Source of the DNA: Asaia bogorensis | GTDB lineage: Bacteria; Pseudomonadota; Alphaproteobacteria; CACIAM-22H2 | Assembly: GCA_945901855.1 (NCBI GenBank) | Contig: CAMDLT010000020.1 | Coordinates: 2,066 to 66,065, forward strand | Reading direction: 5' to 3' | Length of the DNA stretch: 64,000 nucleotides | Shown: positions 1 to 11,184 of the stretch, in pieces | How the letters are laid out: each line of letters starts with the position of its first letter | Numbering within the stretch: position 1 is the stretch's first letter | Notes under the pieces: model-generated | Database searches by the model: none | What the model was told of the DNA's origin: nothing | What the model saw: only the letters and a program-made list of their open reading frames with translations | Translations under genes and position numbers: made by a program

Positions 1-2
1 TT

Positions 3-410
3 TCGGGAACCGTTTTCGACGGCGATGGCGTTGCGGTTGGCGACGCGCTGCTCGAATTCTGGCAGGCGGATTCGGCCGGGCGCATGCAGGCGTCGAGCGC
101 GCCGCTCCAGGGATTTGCGCGCGTCGCGACGTCCGCAGATGGTGTGTATAAATTGCGCACAGTGCTGCCCGGCGCGCTCGCAGATCAGGCGCCGCATCTG
201 AGCTTGAGCGTGCTGGGGCGCGGGCTGCTCAATCGGCTCCACACGCGGGTCTATTTCGCGGGACAAGTCGCCAACGAACGGGACGCGGTGCTCGCGTTGG
301 TGCCGGTCGAACGGCGCGGCACGCTGCTCGCCGCACTCGAAGCGCCGGGAAAATATCGCTTCGATATCCGTCTGCAAGGCGCTGCCGAAACCGTGTTCTT
401 CCAAGTCTAG
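3..410 (+). CDS. pcaG: Protocatechuate 3,4-dioxygenase alpha subunit; C-terminal part, 5' end lies outside the window.
   Basis: The frame is open from position 3. The translation ...DALLEFWQADSAGR...GVYKLRTVLPG...HLSLSVLGRGLLNRLHTRVYF...RFDIRLQG matches the PcaG C-terminal pattern. Stop at 408-410. Confidence 0.7.
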   Translation, partial: SGTVFDGDGVAVGDALLEFWQADSAGRMQASSAPLQGFARVATSADGVYKLRTVLPGALADQAPHLSLSVLGRGLLNRLHTRVYFAGQVANERDAVLALVPVERRGTLLAALEAPGKYRFDIRLQGAAETVFFQV

Positions 411-411
411 A

Positions 412-1674
412 CTAGAAGCGCGGCCGTTTGGAGCTCCAGTCGGGTCGGTATTTGCGCATCTCCTTCGCATCGTCCCGGATGCGAATGCCGCAATCCAGAT
501 ATTGCCGGTGCAGCGTTGCCAGCGCCGCGCGGTCGAGCGTGACGCCGAGTCCAGGCCCCGGCGGCGGCGCGAGGCTGCCGCCCTCGAATTCCAGCTTGCC
601 GCCCGCGATCACCTCTTCGACCTGCCAAGGATAGTGCGTATCGCAGGCGTAGGCGAGATTGGGGATCGTCACGCCGACATGCGTCATAGCGGCAAGGCTG
701 ATGCCCATATGCGAATTCGAATGCATCGAAATGCCGAGCCCGAACACGCGCCCGATCTGGGCCAAATGCTGGGTCGCCCGCAACCCGCCCCAATAATGGT
801 GGTCGCTGAGGACAACTTGCACGGCGTCGAGCCGCACCGTCTTGGGGATATGGCCGAACGCGATCGTCACCATGTTGGTGGCCAGCGGCATCGTTGCGAA
901 TTTTGCAACTTCGCCCATCTCGTCGAGGCTGCCGACCGGATCTTCCAGATATTCGAGCAGCCCGTCGAGTGCGGGCATCAATCGACGCGTTGTTTCGACC
1001 GACCAGCCGCCGTTGGGATCGATCCGCAGCGGATGGTCGGGGAACGCGGCGCGCAGATGGCGCAGCGTTTCGATTTCAAAATCGGGCTCGAACACGCCGG
1101 CCTTCAGCTTGATCGATCCGAAGCCGCATTCCCGCACCATGCGCTGGGTCTGCGCGACGATCTGCTTGTGGTCGATTGCCTCGCCCCAATCGTCGGCGGG
1201 ATAGCCGGGATCGTCTTTGTGGCGCTCGAACTTGTAGAACAGATAGGCGCTGTAGGGCACGCGCTCGCGCACTTTGCCGCCCAGGATCTGCCAGAGGGGC
1301 AGGCCCGCGATCTGGCCCTGCAAATCCAAAAACGCGACTTCGAAGGCGCCGACGGCACTCGCCAGCGCCTTGTCTCCCGCAGAAGGGTAAGTCTGGCCTT
1401 CGAAGGAAGCGCCGGTCAGCGCCTCGTAGCCGCGCGCGGCAAGCCCATTCAGATCGAACGGACTGAGCCCGATCAATCGCGGCCCGATCTTGGCGAGATT
1501 CGCCAAAGTTTCGAGATCGCCGTAGCTCTCGCCAAGACCGATACGGCCGTCGTCCGTTTCGATCTCAAGGATGCTGCGCAGCGCCCAAGGCTCGTGCACG
1601 CCGACGACGTTTAAAAGCGGCGGATCGCGGAACGCGATCGGCGTGATGCGGAATGCTGCGATGCGCGGGCTCAT
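412..1674 (-). CDS. gudD: D-glucarate dehydratase, enolase superfamily.
   Basis: 420 aa. The N-terminus MSPRI..ITPIAFRDPPLLN..GVHEP..LEIETDDGRIGLGESYG, YLFYK, and the expected length fit GudD. Its start overlaps the udh stop, implying translational coupling. Confidence 0.85.
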   Translation of the reverse strand: MSPRIAAFRITPIAFRDPPLLNVVGVHEPWALRSILEIETDDGRIGLGESYGDLETLANLAKIGPRLIGLSPFDLNGLAARGYEALTGASFEGQTYPSAGDKALASAVGAFEVAFLDLQGQIAGLPLWQILGGKVRERVPYSAYLFYKFERHKDDPGYPADDWGEAIDHKQIVAQTQRMVRECGFGSIKLKAGVFEPDFEIETLRHLRAAFPDHPLRIDPNGGWSVETTRRLMPALDGLLEYLEDPVGSLDEMGEVAKFATMPLATNMVTIAFGHIPKTVRLDAVQVVLSDHHYWGGLRATQHLAQIGRVFGLGISMHSNSHMGISLAAMTHVGVTIPNLAYACDTHYPWQVEEVIAGGKLEFEGGSLAPPPGPGLGVTLDRAALATLHRQYLDCGIRIRDDAKEMRKYRPDWSSKRPRF

Positions 1675-2483
1675 CGGGCGCGCGCCGGACGCAAGGGGGT
1701 GGCATATTCGGCCGAGCAGAAGGGGCCGCCCTGGTAAAGCAGCGAAACCTCGTCTTGATTCGCCTTCTTCTCGCCTTCTTCGGCGGCTGCGACGTGGTCG
1801 TCAGACGTGTCTTGGGGCTTGTAGCCTAGGCGAAACGCGTTCGAATTGTCGTACCAGGCGCGTGCGTTGTTTGAAATTCCGTAGACGATTTCGCAGCGAA
1901 TCTCGGGATGTTCGAGGCCGATCGCGATCAGCTGGGCCAAATCGCGGCCGCTGATCCACAGCGACAAGGCACGCCTCGTTTCGGGAACAAACGCGGCATT
2001 GCCGATACGGACATTCAGCGTCTCGACGCCGAATTTGTCGGCGTAGAGCGCCGAAAGCGCCTCGCCCCAGCATTTGCTGAGTCCGTAGCGCGAGTCGGGG
2101 CGGATGTCGGCGCGATGGTCGATCTTTTCGCTGCGCGCATGGAACCCGACCGCGTGGTTCGAGCTGCCAAAGACGATCCGCTTGGTGCCCTGGCGACGCG
2201 CGGCTTCGTAAACATTGTAGGTGCCGACGATGTTTGCCTGAAGAATTTTGTCGAAATCGTATTCGACCGACAGCGCGCCCAAGTGGATGACCCTATCCAT
2301 ACCCGTCATCGCTTTTTCGACCGCAGCCATATCGGAAAGATCGCACGGCATGCTCTCTTCGCCGGGCGCAAGATCGCCGATCGGATTGAGGTCGCTCAAG
2401 CGGAGGGTTTCGAACCGTCCTGCAAACTCGCGGCGCAATCGTCCGCCGATATGGCCCGCTGCGCCGGTCATCAATACCTTCAT
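1671..2483 (-). CDS. udh: Uronate dehydrogenase, NAD-dependent; SDR/epimerase fold.
   Basis: 270 aa. MKVLMTGAAGHIGGRLR...DLSD..AV..GMDRVIHLGA.SVE..F..ILQANIVGTYNVYEAARRQG..RIVFGSSNH..G...YG.SKCWGE aligns along its length with Agrobacterium/Pseudomonas Udh. Confidence 0.8.
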   Translation of the reverse strand: MKVLMTGAAGHIGGRLRREFAGRFETLRLSDLNPIGDLAPGEESMPCDLSDMAAVEKAMTGMDRVIHLGALSVEYDFDKILQANIVGTYNVYEAARRQGTKRIVFGSSNHAVGFHARSEKIDHRADIRPDSRYGLSKCWGEALSALYADKFGVETLNVRIGNAAFVPETRRALSLWISGRDLAQLIAIGLEHPEIRCEIVYGISNNARAWYDNSNAFRLGYKPQDTSDDHVAAAEEGEKKANQDEVSLLYQGGPFCSAEYATPLRPARAR

Positions 2484-2582
2484 GCCGTTCCTCCCCGTGT
2501 TTGCGCGAAACTTTAGCCGGGATCCGAGCGGGGCGGAAGCGCTAATATATTAGCGCTCGACGATACGGCCCGATCTGCTAGA

Positions 2583-3305
2583 GTGCGCGTCATGGCCGAA
2601 GCCCTCGTCCGCCCGCGCAGCGCCAGATTGCGTTCGCTCCGAAAAGCCGCAGTACCGCGCGCGTTCGAGCAATTGCGCGAAGCGATCGTATCGCTGACTT
2701 TGGCGCCGGGCACGGTACTGTCGCGGACAAAGCTCGCGCGCCAGCTCGGCGTGAGCCAGACGCCCGTCCGCGACGCGCTGATGCGGCTTGCTGCCGAAGG
2801 GCTTGTGGAGGTGTATCCCCAGCATGCCACGGTCGTCAGTCTCATCGACCTGACGGCGGCGCGTGCGGCCCATTTTCTGCGCCGCGCGATCGAGCTCGAA
2901 ATCGTTCGCGAACTTGCGATGTCGCCCGATTCCAAGGTCGTTGCCGAACTGCGCGCGTCGCTTGATCGCCAGCGGCGCATCGCAAAGGCCGGCGAGCTCG
3001 GCGCTTTCGCGCACGAAGACCAGGCATTCCATCGCCGCATGTACGAAGCGCGCCAAGTTTTAGACTTGTGGCATTTGGCACGCCGCCAAAGCGGCCAGAT
3101 CGACCGACTGCGGCGCTTGCATTTGCCGGCCCTTGGCAAGGTGCAGATCATTCTCGACGACCACCAGGCGATCGTCGACGCGATCGCCGAACGCCAGCCC
3201 GAAGTAGCGCAGGCATTCTTGCGAAAGCATCTTTCGGGCACGCTTGCCAAGATCGAAAGCCTGAGCGCGCGCTTTCCCGAGTACATCCGCAAAACGCCCG
3301 ATTGA
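2583..3305 (+). CDS. GntR-family transcriptional regulator, FCD/FadR subfamily.
   Basis: N-terminal wHTH (LSRTKLARQLGVSQTPVRDALMRLAAEGLV) plus a C-terminal helical FCD-like domain. It is divergent from udh-gudD and sits upstream of the ABC importer. The start could instead be 2592. Confidence 0.8.
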   Translation: MRVMAEALVRPRSARLRSLRKAAVPRAFEQLREAIVSLTLAPGTVLSRTKLARQLGVSQTPVRDALMRLAAEGLVEVYPQHATVVSLIDLTAARAAHFLRRAIELEIVRELAMSPDSKVVAELRASLDRQRRIAKAGELGAFAHEDQAFHRRMYEARQVLDLWHLARRQSGQIDRLRRLHLPALGKVQIILDDHQAIVDAIAERQPEVAQAFLRKHLSGTLAKIESLSARFPEYIRKTPD

Positions 3306-3379
3306 CACACTGATATATTACAGCCTAAATACAGTTCATTCGAAGCGTCGGAAAGGCGCTCGAGCAACGGGAGGAAACC

Positions 3380-5335
3380 ATGGCCGATATCGAAGACACC
3401 TCTTTCGAAAGCGCCGTTTCACGCCGCCATTTGCTGCAAGGTGCGGCAAGCGTCGCGGTACTGGCGGCCGCGCCGACGCTCGTCGCGGCACAGGCTGCGC
3501 CCAAGGAAGCGCCTGAACTCGCGCGCATGGTTGCCGAGGGACGCCTGCCGCCGCTCGCCCAGCGCCTGCCGCAAAGTCCGCTCGTGATCACGCCGCACGA
3601 AACCGTCGGCCGCTACGGCGGCACGCTTCGCCGCGGTCTGCGCGGTTCGGCAGACCATAATGGCATTCTGCGCATGGTCGGCAACCAGGGCCTGGTGCGC
3701 TGGAACTTGGAATTCACGCAAGTGATGCCGAACGTTGCCGAACGCTGGGAAGTCAATGCGGCCGCGACCGAATTCGTCTTCCATCTGCGCGCGGGCATGA
3801 AATGGTCGGACGGCAAGCCTTTCACCGCCGACGACATCGTTTTCGCCATCGAAGACTGCACCAAAAACTCCGAGCTTTATCGCTCGGTGCCCTCGGTGCT
3901 GACGATTGGCGGCAAGCCCGTCGTGGCTTCGAAGGTCAGCGACACGGCCGTCAAATTCACGTTTGAAGCGCCCTATGCGATGTTCCTTGAGAACCTCGCG
4001 ACGCCGCTTGGCCAGCATCCCACGCTGTTCGCTAAGCATTATTGCAGCCAGTTCCATCCTAAGTACAACACCGGGCTCGACGCGCAAGTGCGCGCCGCCA
4101 ACATGTCGGACTGGCCGACGCTGTTCCGCGCGCGCTGCGGGGACATCGAAATTCCTTCGCGCTGGAGCAACGCCGAAAAGCCCACGCTCGACCCGTGGAC
4201 GATCGCAGAGGCCTACACGGGCGGCGCCACCCGCGTGACGATGCGCCGCAATCCTTATTTCTGGCAGGTCGATACTTCGGGCGCGCAGTTGCCCTATGTT
4301 GACCAGCTGACGATGAACATCTCCCAGGACGTCGAGTCGCTGATGCTCGATACGATTTCGGGCCGTATCGACATCCAGGACCGCCACATCGACTCGCTGC
4401 AGAACAAGCCGACGCTGTCGCAGAACATGCAGCGCGGCGCTTACCGGCTCGTCGAACTGGTCGCCTCCGGCGCGCAGCAATGCATGATCTATCTGAACAT
4501 GACGCACAAAGATCCCGCGATGCGCGCCATGTTCGCCAACAAGGAATTCCGGCAGGCGCTGTCGCTCGGCATCGACCGCAAGGAAATCATCGAGCTGGTC
4601 TATCTGGGCCAGTCGGAGCCCTATCAGACTGGGCCGCGTCCGGGCCATCCCTGGTACCATGAAAAGCTCGCGCGCCAGTTCACGGCCCACGATCCGGCCC
4701 AGGCCAACGCAATCCTCGACCGGCTCGGCTATCGGCGCGGACCCGACGGCATGCGCGTGCGTCCCGACGGACAAAAAGTATTTTTCGGCATCGACGTGAT
4801 CCCGACGCTCTATCCCGACGCGGTCGATACGCTCGAACTCGTCAAGCGTCACTGGAACGTTCTTGGCGTCGATATCAAGGTCAACACGATCGAACGGGCG
4901 CTCTACTACACGCGCGGCGACAACAACGACCACGACGCCGCAACGTGGCCCGGTCCGGGCGGTCTCGATCCGATCCTCGACGCGCGCGACTATTTGGCCC
5001 AGCATCCGCAAGGCTCGCGCTACGCCATTCCGTGGACCCAGTGGTACGTTTCGGGCGGCAAAGAGGGCATCGAACCTCCCGAAAGCCAGAAGCGTCGCAT
5101 GAAGCTGTTTGACGATGCGCGCGCAACACCCGACATCGCCAAGCGCGGCGCCGTCGTCAAGGAACTGCTGGACCTTACTGCCGATGCGTTCGAGACGATC
5201 GGCGTGTGCCTGGCTGTGAATTCGTTCGGCATCGCCAAAAACAACTTGCGCAACGTGCCGCTGAAGATGCCGCAATCCTGGAGCTGGCCCAATCCCGGCC
5301 CGGCCTTGCCGCAGCAGTTCTTCTTCTCGAGCTAG
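3380..5335 (+). CDS. ABC transporter substrate-binding protein, SBP family 5 (DppA/OppA-like), with Tat signal.
   Basis: 651 aa. Twin-arginine motif SRRHLLQGAASVAVLAA. Family-5 SBP architecture. First gene of an SBP-permease-permease-ATPase operon. Confidence 0.85.
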   Translation: MADIEDTSFESAVSRRHLLQGAASVAVLAAAPTLVAAQAAPKEAPELARMVAEGRLPPLAQRLPQSPLVITPHETVGRYGGTLRRGLRGSADHNGILRMVGNQGLVRWNLEFTQVMPNVAERWEVNAAATEFVFHLRAGMKWSDGKPFTADDIVFAIEDCTKNSELYRSVPSVLTIGGKPVVASKVSDTAVKFTFEAPYAMFLENLATPLGQHPTLFAKHYCSQFHPKYNTGLDAQVRAANMSDWPTLFRARCGDIEIPSRWSNAEKPTLDPWTIAEAYTGGATRVTMRRNPYFWQVDTSGAQLPYVDQLTMNISQDVESLMLDTISGRIDIQDRHIDSLQNKPTLSQNMQRGAYRLVELVASGAQQCMIYLNMTHKDPAMRAMFANKEFRQALSLGIDRKEIIELVYLGQSEPYQTGPRPGHPWYHEKLARQFTAHDPAQANAILDRLGYRRGPDGMRVRPDGQKVFFGIDVIPTLYPDAVDTLELVKRHWNVLGVDIKVNTIERALYYTRGDNNDHDAATWPGPGGLDPILDARDYLAQHPQGSRYAIPWTQWYVSGGKEGIEPPESQKRRMKLFDDARATPDIAKRGAVVKELLDLTADAFETIGVCLAVNSFGIAKNNLRNVPLKMPQSWSWPNPGPALPQQFFFSS

Positions 5336-5409
5336 CGCCGACGATCGCGGCCGACTCTCGTGTGCGAGGGTCGGCCGCCTTTCCCCAGGAAAAGGAAACA
5401 GACGCGCCC

Positions 5410-6396
5410 ATGCTGCGTTTCATCGTGTCGCGCCTTTTGTGGATGATCCCGTCGCTTGTGGCGTTGAGCTTTCTATCGTTCGTTCTCATCCAACTGCCGC
5501 CGGGCGATTACGTGACGACCTATATCGCCACGCTCGCCGCGTCGAACGAAGTCGTCGACCAGAACACGGCAGCCGATTTGCGCTCGCGCTTCGGGCTCGA
5601 CCAGCCGATCTATGTCCAGTACTGGAAATGGATCTACGGAATTGTCACGGAAGGAAATTTCGGCCTGAGCTTCGAGTGGCAGCAGCCGGTGTCGGAGCTT
5701 ATTTGGGAGCGCATGACGCTCACGCTGTTGCTGACCGTCTCGACGCTGATTTTGACCTGGGGAATTGCACTGCCGATCGGCGTGTTTTCAGCCGTCAAAA
5801 AATATTCGATCGGCGACTACGTCGCCACTTTTTTCAGTTTTCTGGGCCTTGCCGTTCCGAGCTTCCTGCTCGCGCTCGTGCTGATGTACGTAGCGGCCGT
5901 CCAATTCGGCCAGGAAGTCGGCGGGCTGTTCTCGGAGCCGTACAAGACCGCCCCTTGGAGCTTCGGCAAAGTTGTCGATTTGGCGGCGCATTTGTGGGTG
6001 CCGGTCGTGATCCTGGCGGTGTCGGGCACCGCGAGCCTCATCCGCGTGATGCGGGCAAATATGCTCGACGAACTCAACAAGCCCTATGTGACGACCGCGC
6101 GGGCCAAAGGGCTTTCGGAGTTTGCTTTGTTGGTCAAATACCCGCTGCGCGTCGCGCTCAACCCTTTCATCTCGACGATCGCATGGCTACTGCCCAACCT
6201 CGTGTCGGGGTCGATCATCGTGGCGATCGTCCTCAGCCTGCCAACGGCGGGGCCGATGCTGCTGCAATCGCTGATGAGCCAGGACATGTATCTGGCGGGC
6301 GCGTTCGTGCTGCTGATTTGCGCGTTGACGCTGATGGGTTCGCTTGTCAGCGACATTTTGTTGGCCCTCGTCGATCCGCGCATTCGGTTGGAGTAG
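5410..6396 (+). CDS. ABC transporter permease, DppB-like.
   Basis: MLRFIVSRLLWMIPSLVALSFLSFVLIQLPPGDY is the typical DppB/OppB N-terminus. Multi-TM. ATG placed at codon 69 of track ORF 5206..6396. Confidence 0.85.
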   Translation: MLRFIVSRLLWMIPSLVALSFLSFVLIQLPPGDYVTTYIATLAASNEVVDQNTAADLRSRFGLDQPIYVQYWKWIYGIVTEGNFGLSFEWQQPVSELIWERMTLTLLLTVSTLILTWGIALPIGVFSAVKKYSIGDYVATFFSFLGLAVPSFLLALVLMYVAAVQFGQEVGGLFSEPYKTAPWSFGKVVDLAAHLWVPVVILAVSGTASLIRVMRANMLDELNKPYVTTARAKGLSEFALLVKYPLRVALNPFISTIAWLLPNLVSGSIIVAIVLSLPTAGPMLLQSLMSQDMYLAGAFVLLICALTLMGSLVSDILLALVDPRIRLE

Positions 6397-6399
6397 CCA

Positions 6400-7523
6400 A
6401 TGGCAGCGCTTGCAGAAGGTTCGGTCGATACCAAGCAGCTTGCGGTCGCCTCGCAATGGCAGCTTTTGTGGTGGGCGTTCCGTCGTCACCATCTGGCGAT
6501 GATTGGGCTGGTGGTGGTTGCCTTCCTGTATCTGATTGCCGCTATCCCGGGGTTTTTTACGACGAACGATCCGGCGCTCCAAAACGCGCGCGCCGCTTTC
6601 CATCCGCCGCAGTCGATTCACTTCTTCGATACAAGTGCGGACGGCAGTTTCGCGATTCGACCCTATATCCATCCCTACACGCTGCGCCGCGACCCAACGA
6701 CCTTGGCGGCGAACTATATCGAAGACCGCGAACGCAAAATCTATCTGGAGTTTTTCGGCAGAGGCTACGAATACAAATTGTTTGGTCTGTTCACGGCCGA
6801 CCGGCATCTGTTTGCGTCGAGCGATCCTCGCCAGCCTTTGTTTCTGCTCGGCGCAGACCGGCTTGGACGGTGCGTGTTCAGTCGTATCATGCAGGGCGCG
6901 CAGATATCGCTGTCGCTGGGTCTTGTCGGCGTATTTCTGTCGCTCGTGATCGGCGTGGTGCTGGGCGGAATTTCGGGCTATTTCGGCGGCAGATCGGATT
7001 TCGTGATCCAGCGGGTCATCGAATTCATTCTTTCGCTGCCCACGATTCCGATCTGGCTTGCCCTTGCCGCAGCGCTGCCGCAGGACTGGCCCGCGACGAC
7101 GCAGTATTTCATGATCACGCTGATCCTGTCGTTGACGAGCTGGGCGCAACTCGCGCGCGTCGTGCGCGGACGCTTCTTGAGCCTGCGCACCGAAGAGTTC
7201 GTGGTCGCGGCACGCCTGGACGGCGCTTCGGAAGGTCGCGTGATCTTCCGGCACATGCTGCCAAGTTTCATGAGCCACATCATCGCGAGCATTACGCTCG
7301 CGGTTCCTGCCATGATCCTGGCCGAAACTTCGCTCTCGTTTTTGGGTCTGGGGCTGCAGCCGCCGACAATTTCGTGGGGCGTGCTACTGCGCGAGGCGCA
7401 GAATATCCGTTCGATCGCGACGGCGCCGTGGCTGTTTGCGCCGGGCTTTGCCGTCGTCGTCGCGGTAATGGCGCTCAATTTTCTGGGCGACGGCTTGCGC
7501 GATGCGGCGGATCCTTACAACAA

Positions 7524-7527
<4 letters not shown>
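6400..7527 (+). CDS. ABC transporter permease, DppC-like, with a long N-terminal extension.
   Basis: 375 aa. The C-terminal 280 aa are a DppC/OppC-type TMD ending ...ALNFLGDGLRDAADPYNK. Its stop overlaps the ATPase start (ATGA). Confidence 0.85.
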
Positions 7528-9218
<1,691 letters not shown>

Positions 9219-9234
9219 ACCGGGAGAACGAGAC

Positions 9235-10458
9235 GTGCGCATTGTCGATATCGAGACGTTTTTGATGCAAGTCGACGCGCCCAATCTGCGCGGCTGGGCA
9301 TCCGACGGGTCTTTCGGCACGGGCAAAATGAAGGCGGGCCTGGTCGGCACGCGCAATTGGCTGTTCGTCAAAATCCACACCGACGAAGGCATCACGGGCA
9401 TCGGCGAATGCAGCGGCTGGCCGCGCGTAATCCAGACGGCCGTGCAGGACCTGAAATCGATTTTGGTGGGCGAAGACCCGACGCATATCGAACGGCTGTG
9501 GCAGAAGATGATGAGCGCCATCATGGGTCACGGCATGACCGGTACCGTCGGCGCGGGGGCCATGACCGGCATCGACATGGCGCTGTGGGACATCAAGGGC
9601 AAGGCGCTGAACACGCCTGTATGGAATCTTCTTGGCGGAAAAATTCGCGACAAGATCCGCATCTATGCGCACGCCAACGCGCCTGAGGTCGCACTCGATC
9701 TCAAACGGCGCGGCATCAGCGCGATCAAATGCGGCGGCGTATCGGATCCCGTGCGCAAAGTTGCTGCGCTGCGCGAAGCCATCGGGGACGAGATGGATTT
9801 GATGATCGATCTGCATGGGCCGCCGTGGTTGACGCCTGCCGACGCAGCGCAAGTGGCGCGGGCGCTGGAACCCTACCGTCTGATGTTCGTTGAAGATCCG
9901 ATCGCGCCCGAAAATCTCGACGGCTTCCGGCGCATACGCGATGCCGCCAACGTGACTCTGGCAGCGGGAGAGCGTATGGCAACCGTCTACGGGCTGCGCG
10001 ATCTGATCGAAAAAGATCTGGTCGATATCGTGCAGCCCGATACGGGCCGGGCGGGCGGCATCACGCAGATGAAAAAGATCGCCGCAATGGCCGAAGCGCA
10101 TCACATCATGATGGCCCCGCATTCGGGATCGCTCGGGCCCGTCGCGGAATATGCGGCCCTCCATGTGATGGCGGCCATTCCCAACGCGTTGATTTTGGAA
10201 CGTATCGAAGACGATTGGGCGGGGCGTGCGCAAACCGTGGTTCCCCATCCGGTGCAGGAAAACGGCTTCCTCAAAGTGCCGGACGCGCCCGGTCTGGGCG
10301 TGGACATCAACGAGGAATTCGTCAAGCGCTTCCCCAGCGAATGCAACGTGTCGATTCCGGGCGCAATGAAAAGCGGCGCCTATGCCGAGGGCACTTATGA
10401 CGAGAGCGTCTATGTCCAGACGCGTCTCAAACGCGGCGTCTATTTTCCGAAAGGCTAG
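9235..10458 (+). CDS. Enolase-superfamily sugar-acid dehydratase, D-galactonate/D-mannonate dehydratase (DgoD/ManD) family.
   Basis: 407 aa. KIHTDEGITGIGECSGW, LWDIKGKALNTPVWNLLGG and IVQPD...GGIT are DgoD/ManD-family hallmarks. Substrate specificity cannot be assigned. Confidence 0.8.
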   Translation: MRIVDIETFLMQVDAPNLRGWASDGSFGTGKMKAGLVGTRNWLFVKIHTDEGITGIGECSGWPRVIQTAVQDLKSILVGEDPTHIERLWQKMMSAIMGHGMTGTVGAGAMTGIDMALWDIKGKALNTPVWNLLGGKIRDKIRIYAHANAPEVALDLKRRGISAIKCGGVSDPVRKVAALREAIGDEMDLMIDLHGPPWLTPADAAQVARALEPYRLMFVEDPIAPENLDGFRRIRDAANVTLAAGERMATVYGLRDLIEKDLVDIVQPDTGRAGGITQMKKIAAMAEAHHIMMAPHSGSLGPVAEYAALHVMAAIPNALILERIEDDWAGRAQTVVPHPVQENGFLKVPDAPGLGVDINEEFVKRFPSECNVSIPGAMKSGAYAEGTYDESVYVQTRLKRGVYFPKG

Positions 10459-10461
10459 GCC

Positions 10462-11184
10462 ATGGCATCCACATATTCGGACGCGGTGCGCGAACAGCTG
10501 TTGGGCGTAAGCACCGCGACCTTGTGCACGGCCTTGTTCAAGCGCGGTCTGCGCAACCAGTTTGTCCAGGATGTGCGCCCGCTCGCATCCGATTTGCCCA
10601 ATATGGTCGGGCCTGCCTACACGCTGCGCTACATCCCCGCGCGCGAAGACTTGAACACCATCGCCGTGTTCCAGGATCGCGCGCACCCGCAGCGCAAGGC
10701 GGTCGAAGAATGTCCGCCCGGTTCCGTGCTGGTTATCGACAGTCGCAAGGATGCGCGCGCAGCGTCGGCGGGCGGAATTCTGGTCTCGCGCTTGATGAAG
10801 CGCGGCGTTGCCGGCGTCGTGACCGATGGCGGCTTTCGCGATTCGCCCGAGATCGCGGCGCTGCCTTTTCCTGCCTACCACCATCGTCCGTCCGCGCCGA
10901 CGAACCTGACGCTGCACCAGGCCGTCGATATCGGCCTGCCGATCGCCTGCGGCGATGCGGCCGTGTGGCCAGGCGACATAATTGTCGGCGATCGCGAGGG
11001 CGTGATCGTGATCCCCGCGCACCTCGCAGCGGAGATCGCCGCCGAGGCTGTCGAGATGACGGCGTTCGAGGATTTTGTGTTCGAAAAGATTCTCGAAGGC
11101 CGCTCGATTATCGGTCTCTATCCGCCGACCGACGACATTTCGAAAACCGATTTTGCGGCCTGGCGCATCGCCAAGAACCGCTAG
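10462..11184 (+). CDS. RraA-fold protein (RraA / 4-hydroxy-4-methyl-2-oxoglutarate aldolase / oxaloacetate decarboxylase family).
   Basis: 240 aa. The central region GSVLVID...ASAGGILVSRLMKRGVAGVVTDGGFRDSPEIAAL is typical of the RraA/MenG-like swivelling beta/beta/alpha fold. It lies between two enolase-superfamily genes. Confidence 0.7.
   Translation: MASTYSDAVREQLLGVSTATLCTALFKRGLRNQFVQDVRPLASDLPNMVGPAYTLRYIPAREDLNTIAVFQDRAHPQRKAVEECPPGSVLVIDSRKDARAASAGGILVSRLMKRGVAGVVTDGGFRDSPEIAALPFPAYHHRPSAPTNLTLHQAVDIGLPIACGDAAVWPGDIIVGDREGVIVIPAHLAAEIAAEAVEMTAFEDFVFEKILEGRSIIGLYPPTDDISKTDFAAWRIAKNR

Noticed and set aside
3419-5275. 618-aa minus-strand ORF antisense to the first SBP gene
   Set aside because: Arg-rich shadow ORF of the Tat-signal SBP gene. 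The SBP frame has clear family similarity.
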